Below are positions 37,762 through 50,550 of a DNA stretch of 64,000 bases, one piece after another. The DNA comes from Azolla caroliniana (lineage: Eukaryota; Plantae; Polypodiophyta): contig JBHGNT010000012.1 in the NCBI GenBank assembly GCA_043228905.1, forward strand, positions 7,874,001-7,938,000, given 5' to 3'. A program made the translations under genes and the position numbers. The notes beneath the pieces are model-generated. The model worked only from the letters and a program-made list of their open reading frames with translations, did no database searches and was not told where the DNA came from. Numbering within the stretch: position 1 is the first letter of the stretch; the number at the start of each line of letters is the position of its first letter.

Positions 37762-38020
37762 TAACCAAGCATTGATGGAGCAATTTCGGTTCGGGCTACA
37801 CAACGACATAAAAGATTTACTCCTTACATTTCTAGAAGAACCAAAGTCACTCACGGAGACAATTAGTCGAGCAGTGAGATGCGATAACTGGCTTTATGCG
37901 CAACGTTTAGAAGGACAACAACAAATGGCAAGGACGAGATCAAAGCTCATGTATCCATCAATAGTAGCAAAACCCTTCTCAGAGGAATCATATAAGTTTA
38001 TAACACAACTTCTGCATTTA
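37762..38020 (+). pseudogene. Continuation of the same gag after the 15.6-kb insertion
   Basis: (D)NQALMEQFRFGLHNDIKDLLLTFLEEPKSLTETISRAVRCDN resumes the frame from IPWDN across TSD TAACC. Confidence 0.75.
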
Positions 38021-40400
38021 ATGCTCTAACATCAATGAAAATAAACGCAACATGTGCTCATGGACCATTGACAGAAGAAGAAAAGCAATGACGTCGAGCA
38101 AACCGCCTGTGTTTATATTGTGGTGGATTATGACTTTATATTGTGGTGGATGGTCGAGCAAACCTCTCTTCATTAAGTCAATGATGACTTCATCGAAAAT
38201 TTCCTTGGCTATACCAAGGATCCCTAGTAGAGTGAACTTTACGTGACTATTGAGGATCAACATCACCACTGGTTCTTTCACATCTGTGATCTGTAGTGGG
38301 GTCTCTATTGTCACCCTTGTCCAATGTGGCCTCATTTAGTAAATATCCACATTGTCTTTGTCGACCTCAAACCCATATGTTGTCAATGCATTTACGTTCA
38401 TGGGCCTTGCGTCGTCTAGAATGGTTGAGAGTTCCTTCCTCTTCATAAGTCTATGATGGCATCGTGGAACTCGTACTTGTCAATGCCTATGACCTCTTGT
38501 AGAGTGAACTTTACATGATTATTGAGGATCCTTTCCTCCATTACCCTCTTTGCTCGATCTCAGAGCAAAGTTTGAAGGTTGAGTTGCCCTTCTCTCTCAT
38601 ATTCTCATTGGATGATCCAGAGGTTCCTCCCTTCCTTGAGCATCTTAGGCGTTGCATCGTTTTGAGCCCCCCCCCCCCTTCCCCCCTCCTTCTTTTCCTG
38701 CTCTCTTTCTTTCAATTAGAACTTTGTCGTTCTGGCAGTCGACTTCCATTAAGTCCATCTTTGCTTACATCAGGCGCTTCCATTCAGTTGTTTCTTGAAC
38801 CCTATTGTCACGGACACACCAAGCACGAACTAGGACGGAGCACAGATGATGGAGTTGCGAGCGATGGATGAACTTAGAGCTAGATGTGATGAGGCTAGGA
38901 ACTCTAGATGTTGTGAGCGAATGAGGGCATGAAGACAGAAATAAAGATCAAGGAGACAAAGATGAGGCGAAACGAGAATACTAGATTGATGTGTCAATGA
39001 CTAGTGTGGAATCCCTTGAAAGGGACCAAGGATGTTACAAGTATTTATACAATTTCCTAGATTGAATATCTCTAGAATATACTCGAGAAATATCTCGAGA
39101 ATATACCCGTTTAGAATATACCACAAAATAATTTTAGAATATACTAACGACTAGAATATTCTCGAATGTACTATACACTAGACTCTACAATATATACAAG
39201 TTCACAATCGAATGTGGATAGTTCACAAGAGTTTTCATATGGTTATTGTGTGTGTTAAAAGTCAGAGGTTCGAGTCTAGAATGTGACACCTTTTCTCGGT
39301 TTTGTCTGCTTCCTTCTTTCGGAGCTTCCCCATCGTAGATAGATGGCCAAAATTTAGTCTCCTTCCCATCTTGACTTCTCATTTTCTTCCCCACTCGAAT
39401 CCTTGTTGTTGAGTAGTGAATGACCTCAACATTCCACGCTTTGGCCTCTTCCATGAGCCTCTTCATACATCCTCGATCGGGAGTTCAATTCCAAGGGTCA
39501 CCTTGTTTTCATCAAGTGAACCTTGTTGTCCACAAAATAAACAACATTTCTCCGAAGGGGCTCTTGGAAGTCCTCACACTCCCTTTTTGGTGACCACGGT
39601 TGTCGTACCACATGCATCTCTGCGTGAATGTGGGTCATCTATCTTGAGGAGGGCACCCACCATCTCTCCTTCCTTGGGCTATTTGGAGATCCCTCACCAT
39701 CTTTGTGAGCTCGTCGATTGCTGATCTTCCAACTAGTACCACGTTCATTGCCGGCCTTGGGCAGATGTTTGCTCGTTCCCTCCTTTCTATAATCTTGTTG
39801 CCCTCTATACCATAGGGCTCTCTCTCCACCAAACCTTGGCCACATGAGGATTCACCATCATATCATTGTCGTCACTTATCAAAGTGATGACATGCCCTTT
39901 TTACATCAGCCCAATTAGTTGTTAACCTGTCATCATTTTTGAGAGTAGGAGGCCCATATTTTCCCTATATTGAGCATCCACCGACTTGAGAAATAATAGA
40001 ACTTTACTCGTGTCGAGTACCGTCCTATCGATTATCGAGAGGCGTGCAAATTGCACCTCAAATTCTTGTAGCACTGTGGTGGTGCACCTCCCATCAAAGT
40101 TGCCAAAAGGCGTACTCTTCTAGTAGACCTCGTTCGAACTCGTCTCAATCACGGGTCTCTGCTTGCATATCGCGTATCCCCACATGGAGACTCGGCGCAG
40201 CCACCCTTGTGAAGTCACTCAGTTGCTTGGCCTGCAGGATGTTCCACATCAGCGTCTCAGCTTCGTAAGCCTCCAAATATCGAGAGACATATTTCCCATG
40301 GAATCGACGAGAAGTTCCCGCCTACTATTTTGAAGGCTTTGTCGAGCTCGGTGGTATTGTCTTTCTTGCATCATCCGGTCCATTGCGACGGCCATCATCG
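38020..40400 (-). mobile_element. Highly degenerate gypsy gag region
   Basis: Minus-strand fragments FHGKYVSRYLEAYEAE..EFERGLLEEY and SAIDELTKMVRDLQIAQ, followed by an eroded Cys/His stretch. Many stops. Confidence 0.55.
38806..39288. mobile_element. Probable solo LTR
   Basis: Termini TGTCAC...GTGACA; flanks CCTAT / CCTTT (TSD with one mismatch); internal TAGAATAT repeats. Confidence 0.65.
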
Positions 40401-40416
40401 TGACTAAGTCTTCTCC

Positions 40417-40481
40417 TACACATACATGGACACGGACACATATGACACATACACATACACATACACATACACATATGACAC

Positions 40482-40518
<37 letters not shown>

Positions 40519-40528
40519 TATGACACAT
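40417..40528. repeat. (CACATA)n microsatellite
   Basis: Direct reading. Confidence 0.9.
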
Positions 40529-40609
40529 AAACATGCGCGTGGGCCGAGAAGAGAAGTTTTGGAAAATTACAGAAATACCCTCCACACCACATCACAAGCA
40601 ACAGCAAGC

Positions 40610-40642
<33 letters not shown>

Positions 40643-40787
40643 ACTTCTTCCTTCTTCTGTTTCTGTTCTTTCTTCATCTGTTGTATACACAGACAGAAGA
40701 ACATACATCTAATCTAATCTTCTTTCTCTCTTCCCCACCTCCACCTCCACCTCCACCTCCACCTCCACCTGCAGCCCTGCAGCTCCC

Positions 40788-41417
40788 ATGGCGTCTGTAC
40801 CATCTGTAGCCGTCCCCTCGTCCACCTCTGCACCCACCGATCCCTCCTCCCTTGCCCCTCCTGCATCCAAGGTCCGAGCTTTCTTGGCTCGCTTCTCCGA
40901 TACATGGAACCAGGCTCTCTCTCAGAGCAGGCCGTGGCGTGACCTCACGGATCCCTCCTCTTTCTCCAAGCCAGACTCCATTTCTGACGCAGGAAGCAGG
41001 ATACGCAAGAATTTGACGCACTTCCGCCTCAACTACTCCATCCTCTTCTCCGCAATCCTCGCTCTGACCCTTATAACTCACCCTTTCTCGCTTCTTCTTC
41101 TCGGTGCTCTCTTCTCTGCCTGGGTCTTTGCTTATCTCATCAGGACCACGCCGTTAACACTGTTTAACCGGACTTACAGTGAAAGAGAGGTCCTGATCGT
41201 TCTGTCCTTGCTTTCTATTGTGGTTATCTTCATGACGAGTGTTGGATCTGTGCTCATTTCTGCTGCGATGCTAGGCTGTGTGGTCATTTGCTTACACGGG
41301 GCTTTCCATGTCCCTGATGATCTCTTCTTGGATGAAATTCCTTCTTCTTCCGGTAGCTTGCTTCCATTTCTTAGCACAGGTACTTTGCCGGCTTCTGCTG
41401 TTTCTGTAGTTGTCTGA
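40788..41417 (+). CDS. PRA1: PRA1 family protein (prenylated Rab acceptor, PRA1.B-like), intronless, 209 aa
   Basis: RPWRDL.D..SFSKP.S.SDA.SRIRKNL.HFRLNY, hydrophobic segments, HGAFHVPDDLFLDE. Confidence 0.95.
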   Translation: MASVPSVAVPSSTSAPTDPSSLAPPASKVRAFLARFSDTWNQALSQSRPWRDLTDPSSFSKPDSISDAGSRIRKNLTHFRLNYSILFSAILALTLITHPFSLLLLGALFSAWVFAYLIRTTPLTLFNRTYSEREVLIVLSLLSIVVIFMTSVGSVLISAAMLGCVVICLHGAFHVPDDLFLDEIPSSSGSLLPFLSTGTLPASAVSVVV

Positions 41418-43317
41418 TGAGTGATGTTGACAGTGAGGATGGCGATGGTGATAAGAGATCTGATCAACTATATGTTTCCACACACGCATATATATATATA
41501 TTTATATATGGATCTCATTTGCTTTTGGATTTGATTTAACACACTGATCTGAGTCGTTGACAGATGTATCTGATTTACTATATGTATGTACTTATGTACA
41601 TCATTTGCTTATGCATCTGTTATATAATGTTGATCTGATTTAGCATCTGGATCTGATTATATTATTCAATGGATCCTTGCTTCTGATTATTTATTTATTT
41701 ATTACATGATTGTGTGTTCATCACGGGTCTTTGTGTTTGTTTGTTAACATGTGGATCTGATTCATTACCATAATTCAATGGTTCATCACCTCTTGGTGAA
41801 TTTTTGGACGGTGAGTATCTTGTATCTGATCATGAGAAGCAACCAAATTGTTTTTTTTTTATAAACATTAGCCGTCTCTTTCTTCTTATTTGTTTGATTT
41901 GTTGTCCATTGAAGGCGTGTGTATGTATAGATGTGATAATTGTCGTTATAATGATAATGTCTGCTTTGATTGCGAGGAATAATCAGTGAGAAATGAAAAA
42001 TTATCACTTATAAAACCATGTACTTATCATGATATCAGTATATGTATATATGGATGTCTTTGTATGCGCATACTATTTGTATTTGTATATACATGTGTTA
42101 GTGTATACATACTTAATTGTATTGGCAAACAAATATATATGTGAATCTCTGGTTTGATTGCTAGGAACAATCATCAAGGAATGAAGATGATCACATATAA
42201 ACCATGTGTTTATCATGATATCAATATATGTATGTATCTCCATACAGAGAGTATATTAATTGGTGTTCGTGTATACACACATGTATATTTGTATATATGT
42301 GTATAGAAGTATTTTATGTATTTATGTATGTACAGACCCCGAAGTATGTATGTATACATGTATTTCTTTGTGTATATTTGTATATATGTGTGTATACTTA
42401 TGTGTATAGAAGTATTTCTATGTATTTATGTATGTAGAGACCCCGGATCTAAGTATTGTATGTATTCATGTATGTATATGTTCATGATGTCATGAATCCA
42501 TGCTGCTTGAGAAGAGAAAAATGTCCCGAGTGTTTTAATTCATGTCACTATCTTAACCTCCATGGATGGGTCATTGCCTCGAGCATCTAGTCATGGAAGC
42601 TTACATGGGATACAATTCGGGATTTACATTGAACTACTACAAATATGAGGGATGACATTGAATTGGGATTGAGTAAATATGTGTATGTCAATGTCGAACA
42701 GAAATAGCAGTTGTGTAGTGTATGAAGGTTGTGGATGTTTGGCCCATGTCGAGTCCGAGCATCACACAAAGCTCCCATTCGAGTTGATAAAGGTTAGTAA
42801 CTTAGTTTCTTGGGGAGAAAGTATGAAGAAACAAAGGCTTGCGGCTTGCCACAAACCTATATATTATGTATATATGTATGTCGACAAGCCTAGTTTTGAA
42901 ATCTAGTTTAAAGTACCATTATCTCAAAATCATTAACATACGGACACATGTATATTGATCATACATTCATGATCTATTTATTAATGGAGTTCTTGAGCTT
43001 TTTATTGCCAGATTAAATGATCACTTTTGTTCTTTAGATTGATCTTATTTGATGGGCTCTTTCTTATGTATGTTTCTCATAAGAAAGTCGATCTTTTAGA
43101 TGATATACACAGCCTTGGACATGTACAAAACAACAGATTGTTATTGCTAAGTGTTTGCCTTTACAAAGACAATACGGGGCTGATCCCCTAACTAGATTGA
43201 TTGAGATTAAAACCTTGTCTTAGCATGATTTAATAGTACAATAGTGCAGCACCTAGCTTTTGATATATTCTTGCATTTTTGTGAGGTTTGAGATTACAAA
43301 ACTAAAATGCTTTAGGA

Positions 43318-46300
43318 TTACAAAGTGTGTTCAATTTGTGTGTCGTCCCCAATGTTTGCATGTGTTCTTGGTGTTATTCTCACATTGAGGCCATGCTTCA
43401 AGGACATCACGAACATAATTTTATAGACAACTTGACTATTGTCCACAAGTTTGAAGTGGAAAAACCGCAAGAGTAACGCACTTGTCACCTTCATTTGAAG
43501 ATATGCTACGTCCTTCCCTACGCATATCCTTGGGCCAGCCTTCATTGGTTTCAGGTGTGAAAACGAAAAATTAATATGCTTGTATGACATAAATGTGCTT
43601 GTAAGTAGGGATAAGTGTGACTTGGTGTTGTGTATGTTTTTACAACTGTGCATTCTAAAAGCATGTTCATTGTTGTTTACATAATGTTGTGTTTTGCTTG
43701 GAGTTTTGTTTAAAGAAGCTTGGCTAGAATGATTGACAAATGGGCCACTATTTAAGTAATGATTATAATTACATAAACAATAGATTACTTAACCAATTGA
43801 CTAAAGGAAGAGTTGTTATGTTTTGGCAAATGTAAAAACAATGTGCGGCATTTTGGCAAATAGTGACATTTGTTTATTCTTGTTTCCCTAACGATGAGAA
43901 TTATACCTGAAATGATGTGAATTTGAATGGGGATTGTGGGCGGAATTTTCCGTCATCATCGAGCCATCGTTCCGGCTTGAACTCTTGAGCATCATGGCCC
44001 CATAAAAATGTCATTCGTGCCATCCCATATGGAAAATATGCCACTTGGTTTCCGGCCTTAATCCTTGTCCCATCTGGTAAGACATCATCATTCATTGCTT
44101 CCTTTCCGTCCTAATATTCAAGCATGTGTAATTTATATCTTTTTTTCCATTAAATTAGTAGCACATAAAAAAACTACTTCGATCCAACATTGGCATACCA
44201 TCAGAGGCAAAGCATGAGCAAAAGTGATTTCGAAAGCCATACCATTATGTGAGAAACATCAAAACTATAATTGAAACATATTTAAAGAAGATAACCTTGA
44301 ATACATCACGAAACACCACATTTACGTGTTGACTTTAAGAAATCCTATAAAGTTACTATCATGAATCTATAAGTAATGATCTACTAGAGTGTGGCAATGT
44401 CATAAGGTGTCATATACATATGTATTATGAAGTATGGATGCTATGTTTTCACACTATGCTTTAGCATTCAATGTCATGTTTATATCAAACACATTTTAGT
44501 GTGACAAAGGGATGAAAGATGTGCCATGGATGAGAGATGGATTATATTTTATGGTAGAATATTAATTCGTCATAAAAACTAATTGTTCATCGTATATTTT
44601 TTGAGTTAGCACAATTGAAACATAAGATCAATTTGGTTCAACAGTAGTTGTTTGGTTAGCTACTGAATTGGCAACATGGTTTCATGGGTGGAATGGAAAT
44701 AACCCTTCTTTAAAGGTGGTGAATGGAACAGTTCAACCTACGGCTCAAGGAGATTCATTCTACATACAGGAACAATATGAAGATGTTTGGTTTTTAGTGG
44801 TTGGCCTTACTGTTTGGCAAGTGTGGGTATCTAGGTGCAAGGAGTCGTTTACCGGGAAGCGAACCCCATCAGCTGAGAGTTTAATGACGATTTGGTTTAA
44901 TCTGATTTCTACGCTACAAGGAAAGTTTGACAGCCTTCAGGGGCCCTCTGATGCGAGTGAAGAAGCTAGATACCGCTTCCTTCTTAAATGGAGAGGTTAT
45001 CCGATGTTACAGATGGTGGATGGCAATGCAAAGTGGATTTATCAGCCACCCCCGGTGGTTGTTTCCTCCTAGGGTACCAAACATACAGGTAGGTGCTGAA
45101 TTGTGAAGAGATTGGAGGGTGTCTTTGCTAAATGTGGATTGTGTGAGGCTCATGTTGAGGGGAGTCTGTCGAGTAATTCTGTGACGAGGCTTTGTTGCTT
45201 CATTTATACATGATGTTTTCTTGTAGCCATTGCAAAGTGGCTTGTAACATATGAGTTATATACTATCCTATGTACATTTTCTTAACTAATGGAAGTCGAT
45301 TTTTTTTGGAAAATAAAATATAAAAAAATAATTTTTTTGGGGGGTTTATTAAAATGGAAAATGTGTGCAAAATTTTGGGGATGTACGGATTCCAAAATGG
45401 GCTATTGAAAGTTTTGAACATGCTTTGGTGGTTCGTGTATCCTAAATCTGTGAACTATCTTAACTTTTGTGCTTCATCGAAATCATTTTGGTTCACCTCC
45501 TTGTTTTTAGTGTTACCCTCGATATGGAATATTTAAGCGGGATATGACTACTACATTTAGAACACATCATTTAGAGTCAATCGATTAAATCCTTTTCAGG
45601 AAATCACTTAGTTGTAACATCGTTTCTTATTTTTTACTATGGTCTAGGATGTTTTTCCCTTCAAAGGACGCAACTATAAACTTCATCATTGTGCACAAAC
45701 ATAATTTGCCTAATTTATAAAACTTTCATGCTAGAATATTGAAATAAGAGAAAATTATCATACCCAAGGCACTGGTGGATACAATCGTAGAGTTTCTGTT
45801 AAAGCGGCGTGGAGATATGGCATCCCATCATGAACATCCTCATATGTTAAAAAGTCAGCATACTCTTGGAATAAATACAATTGGTTCGAATTAGTTCCCT
45901 TGGGATTATATCCTGGTTTCCTCTCGATGGATAATAATTCTCGAAACACCTTTTCTTGCTTATCTTGATGAATGCACATGCAATATAAAAACCAGCACAA
46001 TGAACTTGCTATAGAGTCACGTCCAGCAACTAACAAGTTCATGACAATGTCTCTTAAAGTTTGATCAGATGATAATGTTGCAAATCTAGGAACATTGGTT
46101 GTCTGTAGGATGAATGAGGAAATCATACCAACCAGTTTCTCCTGTAAGTAACATGAGAAGAATAAATTTGAAGGATGGCCACATATTTTATACCTAAAAG
46201 ACATGTATTAATGGTTGTCTTTGACCATATTTGAAATTGAGGAATATAAGTAAAAGTTATGTGGTGGTATATAATGAACATGGTTTGTCCATCGGTATTT

Positions 46301-49300
46301 ACAAATATAGGTAATTGGATTCACGATCACATCCATAGATACACAAAATGAACATACACACATCCATAGATACACAAAGTGAAGAAACATACTAATGAAT
46401 GTTTATTGGAAATACTCCTTTAACTTGCATATTTATTGCCAAATTCATTTTTCAATATTCTAAAACATAAAGAAGGTGATGTTTACGCACCGAGGATGTT
46501 AATCCCTTGTCTTCCAATCCCTTCTGTTCTAACTCATGGATCTTCTTACCGTCCTTAATTTGCATGGCAATAAACGAGTTCAACTTCATGAGTTGTCTTT
46601 TCAAATTTCCTTCATGGCCAATACCTAGAAATCTTTCGATCTTCCACCACACACAAAAATATCTTCGAAATGTTGTTTCTTGGACAATATCAAATGTGTT
46701 AATAAGTGGATTGTCATGACTAGAGCTATCGGCACCTTCTCCCGTCATTAATTCAAGAATGGATTCAAATGCCATTCTTAAGATCAATCCCTATATAGAA
46801 TAAAATGGTTGGCATATGATTGAGGATAAACATATTTAGGGGAATTATATTCTTAAAGTTAAAACACTCACTTGTATGAATAAGTTCTACTAATTGGGAA
46901 TGCAATATTACTGGAATTAGTTTCTCTTGTCATGGATGAATTCATCTAACTTAACATTGTGTCATGGCCTAGCCCATTTAGAGTAAAGCTTTTGGGCTAT
47001 TACACATCCATTCTACTATTAACATATTTTAAAAGAAGAGTAAGGAAATATACCTGAATATCTATATCTTGACTTGTTGACATAGCAAGGTTTTGTAAAA
47101 GCTTTAGAGAATTACTTTTGTAGATGATGTAATTCACATGTCTTAACTTTTGGGCCGAGAATTGGTGGTTAATAAGCTTCCTTTGTAATTTCCACATGTT
47201 GCCATCAATATTCAAGATGCCATTGCCCAACATGTCCAAGTGTCTCTCATGAAATTCTCCACCCTTTACCATGGAAGGAAACAAAATGTACTTTTTAGAC
47301 CATATACCCCATGTATGGTTTCACCTTATGGAGAAGTTGATGAATGTCAATTTTCAACAAAATGAAGGTGTATATAGGGATCTTATGCAATGTGTATGGT
47401 AAGAACCTTTTTCGTTGATAGAATGTATGCTAAGTATATGTAATGTGCCTAAATTTTCATTAGATTTTGGAGACAATTTTAATAGAAAACATAATATATT
47501 GTTTTCACCTCACTTTCATCCTATGAAACAAATACACAAGTTTCCCAAAATGTTTAGATGTGTGAATTGGGTTGCCTCGAAGTTTTTTTTTTCCGCAAAA
47601 TGTTTCGCACTTCGTAGTTATTTCTCCAATTTATTTTGCATTAACCCAATTTGTTTAGAAAAATTGAACCTAATGCACGATTAGAAGGATTATCATTACG
47701 GCCCAAATTCAAAAGAAAACTGGCAAATATGAAAAATTGAAGAAAACTAAATATAATTAACAAGAACCTACTCATACTTAGAGAGTAATTCGACAACACC
47801 AACATTACCAAAAGAATACATGAACAATGATGAGATGCAAACCTTCATAAAGAGCCAAAAGGACTTCTATCGAGGATCAAGTATTTATGCAATTGTTATG
47901 AATAGATTGCATGAAAGAAGAGAGAGATATAGACACTACACGAGATTTTATAATAATAAACAACTAATTGACTATATGAGCAAAAGCCAATAATAAACAA
48001 TACTAGATATAAGTGGGAGGGGGGGGCTAGGGCCATATAAAACATTCTATGCCACATAGAAGTCTAAAGGAATCTATCGTGATGACTCATGAGAGAGTGA
48101 GTAGATATCCTCTACATTCAACACAAAGAGAAACCCCCATACAATTAATGCAAGACTATAAATTAGACACACTTGCTCGAAATCTCAACGATAAGGGGAA
48201 TAAAAAAAGTAAGCTCTATAATTTTGTCACCTATTGAAAAATGTTGTTTGATATCATCAATTCAATGAAGCCCAAATTTCACTCCTAACTACATCCTAGA
48301 AGTTTCTTGTTTCTTTGCAACAGAGAACATTATTGAAGTTTAGATGCTATACAATTTGAAGCAAATCTCTCACTTGTCACCCAACACGTCTTGGTTAACT
48401 GATGGTCCAATTGAAAAGGTCAAATCCTAAACATCTAGGCGTTCAACACAATCAAGTTAGTTTCATGATATAAAACCTAATCTAATCACAATATAAAGTT
48501 TGAAGGTACCACTTGTAGATTTTTTCAAAGTTAATATGGAGATAAGTAAGTAGTCTCGCAATTGCAAACTTTATGTTTGAATCTTCTTGAACAAAGACTT
48601 GTTTTCATAGAAATTGAAGTTTTTGAATTACCAACATTAAATTTTTAATATAAAAAAACTAAATTGAGGTGGATTTTAGCTTAAAATTATGGTGAGATTT
48701 GTGTCAACTCTAACCGCTTTGTTTTGTCTTATTGTTTATTATTCTAAATAAATCATAAATGTATAGGAATTCAACTCTTTCATTGTATTGGGTTGGGTTG
48801 GGCATCACGCAACTATGTGAAACATCCATTTAACCATCTTCTCTATATCTCCCATTTTCTTGGCACATACAATAATACTGAAGTACCATTCTCTAACAGT
48901 TTGAAGGGATTTTCGATGTAATGTATAGTATGTAGTATGTGGGTACAAGAGTGCACTAATCCTCAAGACATTGTATAGTATGCATACACATAAATATGTA
49001 TATATGTCACATCATCAAATGAATATTACACAAAAGAGAAATTAAGATATACAACACAACATCAAATGGATACATGTATTGTGTGCATGATGGACATGCA
49101 AATTTCGAGAGTTCTAGAGATCTTTCCTAATAAAAACAACCTTTTTTGAAATAAATGATAATATTGCAACCCTAAAATGACTTTTAGAACAAATATTACA
49201 AACCAATTGAAAAGGACACCTAGTAAATGCTCTAAAATTTTATGAATCTCAATACTCAATCAACAGGGAGAGTTGGTCCTCACTTCAAAACAAAGGTTAA

Positions 49301-50550
49301 CAAAATCTAATGGTGCTATGAAGCCGGCCTAACTAGGATATTTGTGATTTTGATAAACAACATTGGAAGTGGGTCATTGATGAGCTCAAAACTAAGCTTT
49401 AAAAAAACTTAAGGAGCCATAAAGTGAACTTGTGGTGTTTAACCTCATCATCACACAAAAACTTATTATACTTCCTCTCATACTTGAAGTCCACACAAGT
49501 TTTATTTTTCAAGTGCTTATGCGGGTTGGTGGGATCCCACCAGAACTAGTTATACCAAAATCGCATGCAACTTCACAATCTCTTGGTTCTTAGAAATATG
49601 CAAAGACACTAACATATTTAGTTAATTGAAATTTGACCGATGGAGGAGTTGGTCTATGAAAAATTGAAGTCTCTTGAAAGACGTGGGATAATACAAAACA
49701 CTATCACCTTCATTGAATAATGTCATAAATGTGTGTGGGGTGGGGAGACTATAAAGCATATGGTCAAGAATTTGCAAGGTCTTTCTCGGAAACCCAATGC
49801 ATTGGTGACGCTCAACTTAAAATGGGAAGGATAAATTGGAAAATGACCAAAATGTTTAATTTTCAATGGATGTAGGTTTCCCTAATCATGTAACTAAGAT
49901 CAAGATTAAACATGTAATAAAGGAACGATTAATATTAAAACACATGATCAAGGGAAAGATTACGATCCAACATTAAGATTAAACACATAATCAATTGAAA
50001 GATTACAATCAAACAAATTGTAGTTAAAAGTCATATTAAGCTACATCTAGATTAAACACACATAATTAAAAGAAAAATTAAGATTAAACACACATAATCA
50101 AAGGGATCTACTTAAAATCATGGAATGAAACTCAATTGTTTCATTTAATTTTTCTACTAATCATGATAAGTAGCTTCTTCAAATTATGATGATTTAATAT
50201 ACTTTTAAGTAACTTGCTTCATTTATAATTTAAACCCATTTAATATTAACCTTGGGATAGTTGTGGAAGTTAGTCTTAAGGATGTACTCGATGTTGGCAG
50301 GATCAATAGTGACAAAAGTTGACCGAGCAATGGATGTTAGCTTCACGGTGCGATGGTCTGACCGGAAATAGCTAGTTAGCCAATCCATGAGTTGGTTACG
50401 ATGTCTATCAACTTCAGGTTGGCACCCTAGGATTGGCCATGTGACGGGATCTTTGGGATTACTAGCGGGGAATAATTGCACATTAAACAATCGACAAAAG
50501 ATGATAATAATGAGAGCAAGGAAAGCCATGGTAATGACAATTACCACCAT
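43318..50550 (-). CDS. Cytochrome P450, CYP86 clan (CYP704-like), 6 exons, ~537 aa
   Basis: Exons 50550-50251, 47263-47054, 46790-46491, 46141-45764, 44110-43907 and 43539-43318, all phase 0 with GT-AG borders. N-terminal membrane anchor, DPANIEYILKTNFHNYPKG, WKLQRK, AGRDS, ETLRLYPPVP, FKPERW, FQAGPRICVG heme motif. Confidence 0.93.
44630..45330 (+). mobile_element. 5'-truncated LINE (L1-like) 3' end inside a P450 intron
   Basis: ORF 44668-45072 has the Trp-rich L1 ORF2 C-terminal pattern (VWFLVVGLTVWQVWVSRCKESF), followed by a 3' UTR and an A-rich tail at ~45311-45330. No TSD identified. Confidence 0.55.

Noticed and set aside
47700-48600. Possible second LINE relic in P450 intron 1
   Set aside because: Too degraded to support by eye.
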